NCBI GenBank assembly: GCA_964384105.1 | Contig: CAYLJV010000004.1 | Span: 64,001 to 128,000 of the forward strand | DNA from: Candidatus Hadarchaeota archaeon | GTDB taxonomy: Archaea > Hadarchaeota > Hadarchaeia > Hadarchaeales > JAGGTB01 | DNA: 64,000 nt | Direction: 5' to 3' | Shown here: piece after piece, positions 1-10,344 of the stretch | Position numbering within the stretch: position 1 is the first letter of the stretch | Layout: each line of letters starts with the position of its first letter | Position numbers and translations under genes: made by a program | Notes under the pieces: generated by a model | What the model saw: only the letters and a program-made list of their open reading frames with translations | The model's database searches: none | What the model was told of the DNA's origin: nothing

Positions 1-1768
1 CTACAGGGAGGCTTCTGTATTAGATGTTAAAATTTCTCCAGGAGTGTATGATATATGGGAGAACGTTCATGAATCAGATGGTGATGATTCTTATCCTCAT
101 TATGCCGGATCTAAGTATTGTGAAATCAAGGCAATAGGGGAAGATGAGTGGTACTACAGTTTCGAAGATCTTGATCCCAGATACAATCGTTATCCAGATA
201 ATGACCGAAATGAACCAACGCTACATGTAAAAAGACTGGATAATGGGGATGTGCGCGTAACATTTGTAAGGTATGACGGAGGTTATACCGCCGATATATG
301 GTTTGAAGATGAGCTGCTTTGGGAGGGTGTTGGAAGTCATGTTGAGCCTTATAGTTTAAGTGAGACAATAAGAAACCCGGCTCGCTTAGTTCATATAGAG
401 GTTACTGATCCGGCTATTAATGCTCATTTTGAAGAGCAGTATCGTCCCGTACAGTTAGACCAAGAAATTTCTGAGCAAACTGAAGTCGAAGAGAGTGAAT
501 CACCGGTAGCAGATGCAGGTGGACCTTATTCTTTATATGCGGGAGAGTCTATTGAGCTGGATGGAACTGAAAGTTACGATCCCGATGGTTCTATTCAAAG
601 TTATTCTTGGGAGATAATTAGTGGCCCCGGAAGTCTCTCTGATGCAGACACGAGTACGCCGGTTTATACCGCTCCAGAGGTGATCTCAGATGAGACCATA
701 GTAAATGTAGGCTTAACTGTAACAGATAATAACGGTCAAATTGGTTTGGATAACACTACTATTACTGTCTATCCTGAGTCTGAGTGGGAGTATAGAAAGA
801 AAATCACTATAAATCCTGATTATGTGGATTCTGAACTAACGAATTTCCCAATGCTATTCCATATTATCGATGATAAAGACGTTGGAAAAAATGCTCAGAG
901 TGATGGTGATGATATTATGTTTACAAATTCTGACGGTATAACTAGACTAGATCATGAGATAGAAAGTTATTCTGTTTCAGGTAATAAGGCTGAACTCTGG
1001 GCGTGGATAAGAATTCCGACATTATATTCAAGCGATAATACGGTTATTTATATGTACTACGGAAATGATACGACCTCCAATCAGGAGGATGTTGAAGGGG
1101 TTTGGGAATCTTCTGCAGAGTTAGTTTATCATTTTAATGAAGAGTCTGGAAATCCCTCTGATTCCACAGGGAATAATTCTGGAGTAATCGAAGGTGGAGT
1201 TACTCAAGGAGCTTCTGGTAAGATTCAGAACGCATATGAATTTAATGGTTCAGATTCATGGGTTAGGGTTTTCGATGATCCTTCAATCGATTTAACTTCT
1301 CCTTTTTCAATTTACGCTTGGATAAACGTGGATGATGGAACTGGCGATCGAAACATTTGTCAGAAGGGGGATAGCTATGCTATGTGGGAAATAAGAAGTG
1401 GGGGCTTCCCATATAATGTTATAAGAAATGGTGGATGGCATACTGAATTTGAATGGACTGAGGATTCAAATTGGTTTGAAGGAGATTGGCACCAAATAAC
1501 TTTTGTATATTCAGGTTCTCGAGTGAGGAATTACCTTGATGGTTCGGAAGATGCTTCATATGGCTTTTCTGAAACTACCAACACAAATAATACTGATTTG
1601 GGGATTGGTGTTAACAACCCCTGGTTGGATTCTTGGTTTGATGGTAGAATAGACGAATTCAGAATTTATTCTGAAGAAAAATCTCCTGAATGGCTTTCGA
1701 CAGCATATAACAATCAAAATAACCCTTCGGCTTTTTACACAGTCGGAAGTGAAGAGGCTGTGCCTTAG
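1..1768 (+). CDS. Surface/adhesin-like protein with PKD-like, DUF2341 and LamG (ConA-like) domains; 5'-truncated by window edge
   Basis: Frame open from base 2 upstream of the GTG at 44; PVADAGGPY..LDGTESYDPDG PKD motif, DGDDIMFT..LDHEIE..WIRIP..IYMYYGN DUF2341, FDGRIDEFRIY LamG. Confidence 0.8.
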   Translation, partial: YREASVLDVKISPGVYDIWENVHESDGDDSYPHYAGSKYCEIKAIGEDEWYYSFEDLDPRYNRYPDNDRNEPTLHVKRLDNGDVRVTFVRYDGGYTADIWFEDELLWEGVGSHVEPYSLSETIRNPARLVHIEVTDPAINAHFEEQYRPVQLDQEISEQTEVEESESPVADAGGPYSLYAGESIELDGTESYDPDGSIQSYSWEIISGPGSLSDADTSTPVYTAPEVISDETIVNVGLTVTDNNGQIGLDNTTITVYPESEWEYRKKITINPDYVDSELTNFPMLFHIIDDKDVGKNAQSDGDDIMFTNSDGITRLDHEIESYSVSGNKAELWAWIRIPTLYSSDNTVIYMYYGNDTTSNQEDVEGVWESSAELVYHFNEESGNPSDSTGNNSGVIEGGVTQGASGKIQNAYEFNGSDSWVRVFDDPSIDLTSPFSIYAWINVDDGTGDRNICQKGDSYAMWEIRSGGFPYNVIRNGGWHTEFEWTEDSNWFEGDWHQITFVYSGSRVRNYLDGSEDASYGFSETTNTNNTDLGIGVNNPWLDSWFDGRIDEFRIYSEEKSPEWLSTAYNNQNNPSAFYTVGSEEAVP

Positions 1769-1778
1769 GTGAAAAGAT

Positions 1779-2213
1779 ATGTTAGATCTAAAATTAAGTA
1801 AGAAAGGATTTTTTTCTATAGATGCTCTTTTTGCGATTATACTATTAATTCTGGTTATGGGTACCTTAGTAAATCTTTATCAAGGGCGGGCAGAGGTGGT
1901 TGAAAGTTCGAGGAGTAAGTTTGAGGGACGGATGATAAGCGAAAAGTTAGCTGCTGCTGTTAATTCAGTCTATGCTACGGGGGAACCTTTAGATTTGCGG
2001 TTAAAGTTGCCCGATAATATAGTCGGAAATAATTATTCCATCCGATTTATTCAGGAAAATAGAAAAATAGCGGTGGAATTGTTGAGTGGAAGTCAAATAT
2101 CTGACTATACTGGTGCATCTGTAGTTTACGGAGAAGTTACTGTTGAGAATCTAGATTTTTCTGAACAGATATTAGTATATTGGGAAAATGATGAGATAGT
2201 AGTAGGAAATTAA
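1779..2213 (+). CDS. Class III signal peptide (minor pilin-like) protein
   Basis: KKG|FFSIDALFAII hydrophobic N-terminus; AGGTGA SD; pilus locus context. Confidence 0.75.
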   Translation: MLDLKLSKKGFFSIDALFAIILLILVMGTLVNLYQGRAEVVESSRSKFEGRMISEKLAAAVNSVYATGEPLDLRLKLPDNIVGNNYSIRFIQENRKIAVELLSGSQISDYTGASVVYGEVTVENLDFSEQILVYWENDEIVVGN

Positions 2214-2282
2214 GCGATGTCCCATTAACTTGGAACAGCAATTTTAACTTTATAAACTAAATAAAACTTTGGTTAGAATCAA

Positions 2283-3050
2283 ATGGAAAAAGAAGATTCA
2301 AGATTATTGCGGTTTTTCAAGAAAATTGGAGGCACTATTTTCGGTTTAAAGAAACTCCCTAAAACTATGAAAGAAATAAGGATGGAAAGTAAACCTAAAA
2401 ATATTTATTCGAGGTCAAAAGAAAGAAAAATACCTAATTTTCTTAATGATTTTTTCCGAAAGAGGCACGCTGGCTGGCCGGAATACGTAATTTTAAAAGC
2501 TCAGATTGCTATAATACTCCTTTTTGGAATTTCGACTACGGTTGTTCTTTTTGATAGCTCTTTGCTGATTTTTGGCCCTATAATGATTATTTTGACTATC
2601 TATCTGATTCTGATAGCAAAATCAGAACTTAAAAAGGCTTTCATTTGCGATTTTTCCGCCTATAGAAGCTTTATAGGTATTTGTGTCAGTCTAGCATGGG
2701 GTGCTGTTTTCCTTTTAGAGTATTTTCCCCCTATTTTTTCAAGTAATCTACTCAGAATTTTATTTCCCATTGTGATTGTAATCCTTGGTGCCGTCTTTGC
2801 TTTTGTAGCGTTTAGGGTAAGATACGGTAGAGACTATACATATGGTATTATTCAGGATTTAAAGGGCGAAAAAGCTAAAGTGAAAATTGGTTACGATCTT
2901 CGAAGCAATGTGAAGCAAGGTATTTATTTCCTAGATTCGTATGTCCCTGTTTCGAAAGGTGATGTTGTCGAAGTGAAGGTTGATCGTTCTACTTTGGGTT
3001 TGAGAGGATCTAAAGCCGAGGCGATTGTCGAAAGGATTGAAAAGAAATAA
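2283..3050 (+). CDS. DUF2101-like membrane protein of archaeal pilus loci
   Basis: Four TM helices; YGRDYTYG and YDLRSNVK motifs. Confidence 0.7.
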   Translation: MEKEDSRLLRFFKKIGGTIFGLKKLPKTMKEIRMESKPKNIYSRSKERKIPNFLNDFFRKRHAGWPEYVILKAQIAIILLFGISTTVVLFDSSLLIFGPIMIILTIYLILIAKSELKKAFICDFSAYRSFIGICVSLAWGAVFLLEYFPPIFSSNLLRILFPIVIVILGAVFAFVAFRVRYGRDYTYGIIQDLKGEKAKVKIGYDLRSNVKQGIYFLDSYVPVSKGDVVEVKVDRSTLGLRGSKAEAIVERIEKK

Positions 3051-3056
3051 TTACTC

Positions 3057-4181
3057 TCACGCTATTCCGCCTACTAGATTTATAATCCACCAGTAAATAT
3101 CCCCATAGAAAATAGCTATTGGGACCCCTATAGCGAAAGATGGGGCAAAAGGTAACCCTTCTTTGATTCTTATATGGTTCTCTATTTTTTCTTCTTTAAC
3201 TCCTTTTTTAAGCAATTCAACTTGTTCGTCTGAAACTCCTGCTGCTAAATTACTGTCGGCCAATGTCTTGTCAAATTGTGGTTTTAACTGAAAGTTTTTG
3301 GGATTCTCGAATATCCTTTTAACTGAACTCACGAGTCCTGGGCTTTTATATCTCCTTATTTCATCGTTCTTCTCGTAGATTGTCTCAGCCGGAATCATTC
3401 CTTCCTTCAATTCATTTATAGGAATTTCACTTTGGAGGACGTGTTTGTTGATTACCTTAACTGAGTTTATGATGAATCTAAATCCGAATACTACCACGAA
3501 AGATATTGCCAAGAATTGAAGTATATCTAACGAATGTAAATAAGCGCCGTATCCAGTCAAACCTAGTGCTATTGGAATTCTAATTTGAAAGGGTATTCGA
3601 TAAACTACTAAAATTATAACTAAAACTATCAGAATTTGTGCAATTTGACCCAAATCAAAATAGTTGGTTACTTTAGATCCTAGTATAGATCCTCCTGTCA
3701 ATACAAAAGGTGTTATCAAAATTTCTGGAAAAGCTTCCCTAATAGGTTCAGTAACCTTTCTTCCTATTCCTGGCGTTCGGAGTGATTTTACTATTACATA
3801 TCCGATTAGGACTGGAGCAAGGCAGATAATTCCGTTTAGAAGTATTGTTAGAATGAACGGGTAAGGAGCAGACATGTAAGGTGCATTGTACCCCCCCAGT
3901 AGCGCTCCGAGGGCTGCGTAAAGTTTTACATCCCCCCCGGCCCACCCCCCTATAATCCACATTAGGTAACCTATCCCGAATGTTACTCCAGCCCCGATTC
4001 CACCTGTAACAGCTAATAAAAAATTCTGTTGATAGATACCATATCCGAGATAAAGTGCTATACCTGCTATTATCATTGGAAAAGTCAGCTTGTTCGGGAT
4101 TATTCTTTCCTTTAAGTCGGTATAATTTGCTATAAAAACAGTAGCCAACGCTAATACTGCAACGATTTGGTAGAATACCAT
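3057..4181 (-). CDS. eppA: EppA-like prepilin peptidase (A24 family)
   Basis: YTDLKERIIPN, GGDVKL catalytic Asp motifs, C-terminal LPFAP; extra TM segments (374 aa). Confidence 0.85.
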   Translation of the reverse strand: MVFYQIVAVLALATVFIANYTDLKERIIPNKLTFPMIIAGIALYLGYGIYQQNFLLAVTGGIGAGVTFGIGYLMWIIGGWAGGDVKLYAALGALLGGYNAPYMSAPYPFILTILLNGIICLAPVLIGYVIVKSLRTPGIGRKVTEPIREAFPEILITPFVLTGGSILGSKVTNYFDLGQIAQILIVLVIILVVYRIPFQIRIPIALGLTGYGAYLHSLDILQFLAISFVVVFGFRFIINSVKVINKHVLQSEIPINELKEGMIPAETIYEKNDEIRRYKSPGLVSSVKRIFENPKNFQLKPQFDKTLADSNLAAGVSDEQVELLKKGVKEEKIENHIRIKEGLPFAPSFAIGVPIAIFYGDIYWWIINLVGGIA

Positions 4182-4238
4182 ACTTATCGTTATTAATAAA
4201 AAGTTAATTTATAAATAAATTGTCAGAAATTGGTCAAC

Positions 4239-4409
4239 CTATTTTAAGTCCTTAATAAGATTGTCTCTTATTCCATCGATTTTACTTTCCATTTCAGGCC
4301 CGAGGGAGTCGAAGATTTCGAAAGTAACCGTCACGATACCGGCGATCACTGATAAAGCTACCGCTACCATTAATAAATATTCAATCGCTCCTTGTCCTTT
4401 TTCGTCCAT
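4239..4409 (-). CDS. Small class III signal peptide pilin, 56 aa (not in ORF track)
   Basis: Translated by hand: MDEKG|QGAIEYLLMVAVALSVIAGIVTVTFEIFDSLGPEMESKIDGIRDNLIKDLK*; GAGGATG upstream. Confidence 0.85.
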   Translation of the reverse strand: MDEKGQGAIEYLLMVAVALSVIAGIVTVTFEIFDSLGPEMESKIDGIRDNLIKDLK

Positions 4410-4466
4410 TTTTTACATCCTCTTGTTTCAGTACAAAATAATCTCAGTGAGACTCCATTTGTACGT

Positions 4467-4643
4467 TTAATCTGATAATATGTTCTCTAGGAGTTGATTT
4501 TCTTTTTCTTTTGCTGCGTTTTCCCCAGACTCTGCAAGATCCCTTACATAAATGAAAGCTATTACAATCACTGCTAGTACTCCTGCAAGTATGAGTAGGT
4601 ATTCTGTGGCTCCTTGAGCTTTTTCATCTTTCAAAATTTCCAT
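4467..4643 (-). CDS. Small class III signal peptide pilin
   Basis: MEILKDEKA|QGATEYLLILAGV; ATG at 4643 follows GGAGGTGA SD (track start 4667 is too long). Confidence 0.85.
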   Translation of the reverse strand: MEILKDEKAQGATEYLLILAGVLAVIVIAFIYVRDLAESGENAAKEKENQLLENILSD

Positions 4644-4955
4644 TTTAGTCTCACCTCCACTCATCAAGTAGGTGTAGATATAAATAATCTCCTATTAAAG
4701 TTTATTTTAAGGGATATTAAAATCTATTCCGAACTTTTAGTACTTATTTTTAGTTCTTTTTTAATACAAAGCCCTAGAATTAATCTTTTATAATATATTT
4801 TCGACTAGATTTTCTTGTTTTTGTCTTGCTACGTTTTCCACTGATTTTGCAAGATCCCTCACGTAGGTTACGGCGATTATAATCACTGCTAGTACTCCTG
4901 CAAGTATGAGTAGGTATTCTGTGGCTCCTTGAGCTTTTTCATCTTTCAAAATTTC
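4566..4955. repeat. 75-bp identical direct repeat (4566-4640 and 4881-4955) in the 5' halves of two pilin genes
   Basis: aatcactgctagtactcc...tcaaaatttc matches base for base. Confidence 0.9.
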
Positions 4956-4973
4956 TACTATTTCTTCTGACAT
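4788..4973 (-). CDS. Small class III signal peptide pilin, paralog of 4467..4643
   Basis: KA|QGATEYLLILAGVLAVI identical N-terminal helix. Confidence 0.85.
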   Translation of the reverse strand: MSEEIVEILKDEKAQGATEYLLILAGVLAVIIIAVTYVRDLAKSVENVARQKQENLVENIL

Positions 4974-5025
4974 GTGTTCCTCTGTTCAAGGGTCTAAATT
5001 AACTATTAAAGTTTTTTGTTCAGCA

Positions 5026-6003
5026 TCAAAGAAACAATGTATCAACAAGAATCCGCGAAGCGAAAAAAACACCAATAGCTACACCCATAAATGGCACAGA
5101 ATATGTAAGACCTTTTGATAATTTTCCATATCTGATTACCCCGACTGCTGCACCAGTAATTGCTGCTTGTATTAATATGTAAATTGGGATGATTATGTCT
5201 ATATTGCTTGGTAAGCCTCCTTGTGTGGAAGACCCGAATAACCCAATTCCACCTACACCTCCACCAGTAGTCTCGGTCATTGCAGTTCCTATATTAAGAA
5301 CCATCCCAGAGATAAGTGGAGCAGCAAATAATGCTGCTGCTAATAGGAATAGGACCTGTTGCATAGTTGCTGCTTGCCTTTCTCGTTGGATAGATTGAGT
5401 CTCTCTTATATCTTCTGAAACTGCTTCTAATACGTCTGCTATTGTGGCCCCTCGTTCCATACCTTCTTCTATTAGGAAGAAGGCACGCTCATAGAGTTCT
5501 GATCGCGTTTTTCTAGCCATAGAGATCATTGCCCTCTGCATTGTTCGACCTCTTCTTACTTGAGCAAGCATAAGCTCGATCTCTTCGGAGAGAGCTCCGT
5601 GTTCAGATCCTGCAACATCTTCTAAAGCTCCTTCCAAACTTACTCCTGCCTTTAGTGAGGCGGAGATCTGCCTTAATGCATCAGGTAGGGCATTTTCTAA
5701 TTCAGAGGTTCTTCTTTGAATTAGGTAGATCGGAACTATCATTGTTAGACTAGCTAGAGTTCCGTACAATGCTATTATCGCATATACTATATCAGGCAGT
5801 AAAGGAAAATTGAATACAAAAGAAATTCCAAAAATGGCTCCTCCAGCTATTAGACTTATCATTATTGAGATACCACAATATTCCGATCCAGAAAGAGCGA
5901 TATTGGTCGCTCTCAATTTGTTATTAACATCCTCTAAAAATCTCTGAGGGAGGGCTTTCTGAGCTAATATGTCCATTACTCTAAGTATAGACATTTTATA
6001 CAC
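5026..6003 (-). CDS. Type IV pilus membrane platform protein (TadC/T2SSF family)
   Basis: LPDALRQISASLKAG..GALSEE T2SSF domain, TM helices. Confidence 0.85.
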   Translation of the reverse strand: MYKMSILRVMDILAQKALPQRFLEDVNNKLRATNIALSGSEYCGISIMISLIAGGAIFGISFVFNFPLLPDIVYAIIALYGTLASLTMIVPIYLIQRRTSELENALPDALRQISASLKAGVSLEGALEDVAGSEHGALSEEIELMLAQVRRGRTMQRAMISMARKTRSELYERAFFLIEEGMERGATIADVLEAVSEDIRETQSIQRERQAATMQQVLFLLAAALFAAPLISGMVLNIGTAMTETTGGGVGGIGLFGSSTQGGLPSNIDIIIPIYILIQAAITGAAVGVIRYGKLSKGLTYSVPFMGVAIGVFFASRILVDTLFL

Positions 6004-7144
6004 TCGGCTCCATTCTTTTGAAGATTATGATTAAGTAGATAAGCATAACTGGTATGAATACGAGAAATACCATATTTAGTAAAGCTGGGGGAAATAGACC
6101 TCCTCCGATAAAACCTGTTATTATCATTACCACTATCAGCATTGGTGGCATAACAGCTGCAGCAAACATGTATATCATAGACATCATATTCAATGATTGT
6201 GTGTAGTTTCTCAAATTCATCCTCATCGTGAAAGCAGCTTCGTCAGCCAGTATATTCAAAGTTCTAGAGATGTTACCACCAGTTCTTAATGTTCTTTGAA
6301 TTTGTCTTATGGCTCTCGTCAGAAAGTCTGATTTGACTCGATCTCTCATTCTGTTTAGGGCATCGGCCATAGATTCTCCTCGTCTCATGTCAGTTATAGC
6401 TCTGGCAAATTCCTCTGAAAGAGCGCCATATCTTGATCTACTAACTGAGGTCATTGCTTCGGGGAGGCCAATACCAGAAGAAAGTTGAGTAGCTAGATGC
6501 CTTAAAGCGTATGGAATTTCTTGATTTATTTCATTTGAACGTTTTCCTATTTTCTGTTTTGGATAGAATCTTCCGATACCCAGTGGCATTATAAAACTGA
6601 TTATACCTGCCAGAAATGCTATTAGTATTGAACCAATCATAACCCCTGTTAATATAAGTACTACTATGCCTGCGATAGATCCAATTCCAAGTAACATACC
6701 GATGTAATGCTCGGCAGGGATTTTTATATATGCCTTATCCAAATCTTCTTCTAATTCCGAGAAAAATCCACTCAATTTACTTGATGGTTTTTTGAAAGGC
6801 TGAAAGAAAAAATCTGCAAATCTCTCAGAAAGCGGCCTTTCTAGATCCCTACTTCGCTTCTCCCATTCTTTTTCCTCCCTTTCTTCCAACTCCATCTCTT
6901 TTTCTAGCATTTCCTCTATTTTTTGATCTTCTTCTTCGAGTTCTTGTAGTTCATGCAATCTTTCCGAGAGGCTTCCTCCCTCCCTCTTTATAGTCGGTTC
7001 TTTTTTTACTAAATCTCTTATTCTTACAGGAGTGGATGATGTTATCTCCCCCGCTTTTCGCACACTTTCGCCAATTCTACGGAAGAACGCTCTTAATCTT
7101 CCGTTTTTATTTTCTCCTTCCATATTTCTCACGAGAATAAACAA
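5996..7144 (-). CDS. Type IV pilus membrane platform protein (TadB/TadC, T2SSF family)
   Basis: IPYALRHLATQLSSG..YGALSEEF; likely start ATG 7123. Confidence 0.85.
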   Translation of the reverse strand: MFILVRNMEGENKNGRLRAFFRRIGESVRKAGEITSSTPVRIRDLVKKEPTIKREGGSLSERLHELQELEEEDQKIEEMLEKEMELEEREEKEWEKRSRDLERPLSERFADFFFQPFKKPSSKLSGFFSELEEDLDKAYIKIPAEHYIGMLLGIGSIAGIVVLILTGVMIGSILIAFLAGIISFIMPLGIGRFYPKQKIGKRSNEINQEIPYALRHLATQLSSGIGLPEAMTSVSRSRYGALSEEFARAITDMRRGESMADALNRMRDRVKSDFLTRAIRQIQRTLRTGGNISRTLNILADEAAFTMRMNLRNYTQSLNMMSMIYMFAAAVMPPMLIVVMIITGFIGGGLFPPALLNMVFLVFIPVMLIYLIIIFKRMEPSV

Positions 7145-7152
7145 ATTGCTAA

Positions 7153-8775
7153 CTAGGATGTAATTCTTTCCATAAATTTCTGAGGATCTTTGTAGTATTG
7201 ATGAATCACTTTACCCACTTTTTCAATGTCTCTAATTTCTTCTTCTTTCATCCACTCTAATATTGCCGCCCTTCTCTTGATTTCTTTTTCTATATCTCTT
7301 CCTCCGACTCCGGCGAAATCGGCTATCGATTTCTTTATTGTGCTTGGCACTCCTGTGGATTCTAATGTATCTTTTTTAGGATCCCATTTATATACTCGAC
7401 TTAACTGTGGTTTTCCATTTTCCATACCAGATACTTCAGCGATTTCGGTTATTCTTCGAGTACTTCCTTCTCCATGTCTCTGAATTCTCTGTTGCATTAC
7501 TATGGCGTCTAAAGCAGAAATCATCATTTCTGGCACGCTCATAGGTTCTTCTGTTAATCTTGTGATGGTTTCCATAGCATTGTTGGAGTGTATAGTTCCC
7601 ATACAGCCGTCATGTCCTGTGTTCATACCAGTAAACATTGTTCTGGCCTCCGGTCCTCTAACCTCGCCTACAACTATTCTATCAGGTCTCATTCTCAGTG
7701 CGTTTTTTACTAGGTCATCCATGGTTATTTCTCCTCTTCCTTCGACGTTTGGTAGCCGTGTTTCAAGCCTAATCCAGTGTTCGTGAGGTAAATTAAGTTC
7801 TGCTGTATCCTCTATTGATATTATTCGCTCCCTTTGGGGAACAAAAGCGGAAATGGCGTTCATTGTAGTGGTTTTCCCACAAGCGGTACCCCCTGCAAAG
7901 AGTATATTTGAAGGGGATACACCGTAACCTTCAGTAGCTAACCAGAGGAATGCAGCTACGTCTGAATTTAAACTACCGTAATTAATAAGATCTATTATTG
8001 TTAATGGATCCCTTCTGAACTTTCTTATAGATAGGGTGGGTCCATCCAGCGAGATAGGTGGGATAGTGGCATTTACACGACTGCCATCTGGTAATATGGC
8101 ATCGAGTAGAGGGTTTTGCTGGTCAATTCTACGACCGACATGCCTTGCGATTTTTTCGATTTGCCTGAGGAGTTCGTCTTCGTCTTTGAATATCACATTA
8201 GTGATGCACATTCCATAGTCCCGATGGTAAACGTAAGTTGGTTTCTTTGTGGAGGGAACTAGGATATCTTCGAGATCGTCGTCTTCAAGGAATATATCCA
8301 GAAGACCGAATCCGATCATATCTCTTACAATCATCCGGGCCATTTGGTTCAGTTTTTCATCGGTAATGTTTTTTGATAGCCCGCCTTGTTTGAACATTTC
8401 TTTAATTTTATCTAAGAAGATGTTTTCTCTTTCTTGATAGTCCTTAATGTTTCTTGGATCAATATCTATTCGATCAATAGCTCTTTCTCTAACCTCTTCC
8501 ATCAACTCTCTCTCAGCTTTTGATAGCTCAGGAAGTTTTACCTCATAATAAGCTTGATCTACATTTGTGCTGTAAATATCAAAATTTTCGCTACTTTTCA
8601 GCTTTTCTTCTAGTTCTATATCTCTATCCGTTTCTGTTCGTTCCTCTATTAGCTCTGCAGGTTTACTTTTTGAGACACTTAACCCAGACATGCTGGAGGA
8701 CATACTTTGAGAATTGGGATTCCCGTTTTGTTTTCTAAGTTCTTTTTCAATTTCTTTTCTATCTTTAGGCACCAT
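7153..8775 (-). CDS. Pilus assembly ATPase (CpaF/TadA/VirB11 family)
   Basis: Walker A GGTACGKTT, SIEDTAEL Asp box, LRMRPDRIVVGEVRG, TGH..GTIH His box. Confidence 0.95.
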   Translation of the reverse strand: MVPKDRKEIEKELRKQNGNPNSQSMSSSMSGLSVSKSKPAELIEERTETDRDIELEEKLKSSENFDIYSTNVDQAYYEVKLPELSKAERELMEEVRERAIDRIDIDPRNIKDYQERENIFLDKIKEMFKQGGLSKNITDEKLNQMARMIVRDMIGFGLLDIFLEDDDLEDILVPSTKKPTYVYHRDYGMCITNVIFKDEDELLRQIEKIARHVGRRIDQQNPLLDAILPDGSRVNATIPPISLDGPTLSIRKFRRDPLTIIDLINYGSLNSDVAAFLWLATEGYGVSPSNILFAGGTACGKTTTMNAISAFVPQRERIISIEDTAELNLPHEHWIRLETRLPNVEGRGEITMDDLVKNALRMRPDRIVVGEVRGPEARTMFTGMNTGHDGCMGTIHSNNAMETITRLTEEPMSVPEMMISALDAIVMQQRIQRHGEGSTRRITEIAEVSGMENGKPQLSRVYKWDPKKDTLESTGVPSTIKKSIADFAGVGGRDIEKEIKRRAAILEWMKEEEIRDIEKVGKVIHQYYKDPQKFMERITS

Positions 8776-8860
8776 TAGCCCTCCTTATGGGTCTTATCTT
8801 CTTTCTTAGTTATAATATTGGTTATAGACTGATGATTTAGAGCGAACAACATTTTTTCTA

Positions 8861-9973
8861 TCATCTATTATTTGGAGAGATCCCAAAAGCGATGTATTTT
8901 TTGGCTTTTTCAAGCTTTTTTATATGCTCTTTAGTTTCTTTTACCAGTCTTTCAACAATTTCAAAATAGCTATCGGGGGTACTACCTTTCCAGGAACTTT
9001 CGATTAGAGGTCTCTCTGTCAGAGAAAGTAATTTTTTATAAACATCTAAAACTAGGTTTTCTTTTTCCATTAGTTCTGTGAGTATATCCTCTTCATCTTT
9101 CATCTTTATTTTGAAATCTTCTAATTCAGAGTCGTCAACGTATTGGTTGAGTTCCATCTCACCGAGATTCCTACTAACTTTTTCTAACAAAGATTTATGT
9201 TCTGCTGTATTCTTTGCGAGTTCGAATAAAATTTCACTGTGTTTATCTACTTTTTTATAAGCTCTCCAAAGTCTAGAGAGCATAAGTTGAGATTCTGACC
9301 AAGCGTAGCCAATGAATGTTTGAAGAACGTCCAAATTGACTTTTTCTGCTTCTTCTTCTAGTTCAGATTCTCTAATAGTTTCTACTTGTTCTATCAAATC
9401 GGCTCCTTCCTTGGCTCCTTTTATGGCATTATCCAACTTTTCCTTTTCTTTTTCCGGAATTTCCAATTTTTTTAGATTTTCCAATTGCTCACGAATATCT
9501 TCGATCTTGTTTTTTAAATCCCGACTAAGTAGCAGATTTAAGAATTCGTTCCTTTCTTTTATCCATTTGTGTTCGGCTACCTGTAAGATTGCATCGGCGA
9601 GTACTGCATATTGAGATTTCGGTTCTCCGCCCTTCTGAAAGTATCGGTCAGCCCCTAAGTTCAATGCCTTCATTGCAGCTTCTTCTTTACCTTTCCCGGT
9701 AAGTATTATGAATGGAATATCATTGTTCTTTTCCCTAAGTGTTCTTAAAAGGTCAATTCCGTTCATTTCGGGCATTTTATAGTCTGAAACTATTATTTGA
9801 AATTCTTCATTTTCTAGAAGTTCGAGTCCCTCTTCAGCTGACGTTGCAGTTTCTATGTCAAGCTTCTCGTCCTGTTTTTCTAGAAATATTTTTGCTTGTT
9901 CGGTTATATCCGGTTCATCATCTATGAATAATACTCTTATCTGCTTTGAACCGCCCGCTTTTGAATCATTCAT
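8861..9973 (-). CDS. Response regulator: receiver + degenerate HisKA + helical ferritin-like C-terminal domain
   Basis: IDDE..SDYKMP..TGKG receiver; LLSRDLKNK pseudo H-box; C-terminal helices with EH motifs. Confidence 0.75.
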   Translation of the reverse strand: MNDSKAGGSKQIRVLFIDDEPDITEQAKIFLEKQDEKLDIETATSAEEGLELLENEEFQIIVSDYKMPEMNGIDLLRTLREKNNDIPFIILTGKGKEEAAMKALNLGADRYFQKGGEPKSQYAVLADAILQVAEHKWIKERNEFLNLLLSRDLKNKIEDIREQLENLKKLEIPEKEKEKLDNAIKGAKEGADLIEQVETIRESELEEEAEKVNLDVLQTFIGYAWSESQLMLSRLWRAYKKVDKHSEILFELAKNTAEHKSLLEKVSRNLGEMELNQYVDDSELEDFKIKMKDEEDILTELMEKENLVLDVYKKLLSLTERPLIESSWKGSTPDSYFEIVERLVKETKEHIKKLEKAKKYIAFGISPNNR

Positions 9974-10344
9974 CCTTCTTTCACCAATCTGACTTTAACT
10001 ATGAAGTGCATTCTTTTTAATTTGATAGATTACTTGTTATCAGTACTATTTGTAAGCATTAGAACCGCTTCAATCTTTAATAAATCAACCAATATTAATT
10101 TTCGGTCTATTAAAAAATAGCAAATCCGACAGGATTTTCGATTACTTTCCGAGTGTCATGGTTACTAATTTATTGATTTACTGTACAATTACTCTTCATT
10201 TGCCAAGTTTAATACCTATTTATTAGATAGAACTTTTCGTGAGTGATAAATTCTCAGACTGGATAGTGTAGGACTGCTAGAAAAGACAAGTATTGACTGA
10301 AGTTGTTGAGCTTTTTGGAACTCTATGTATTTGGAGGTTAGAGT

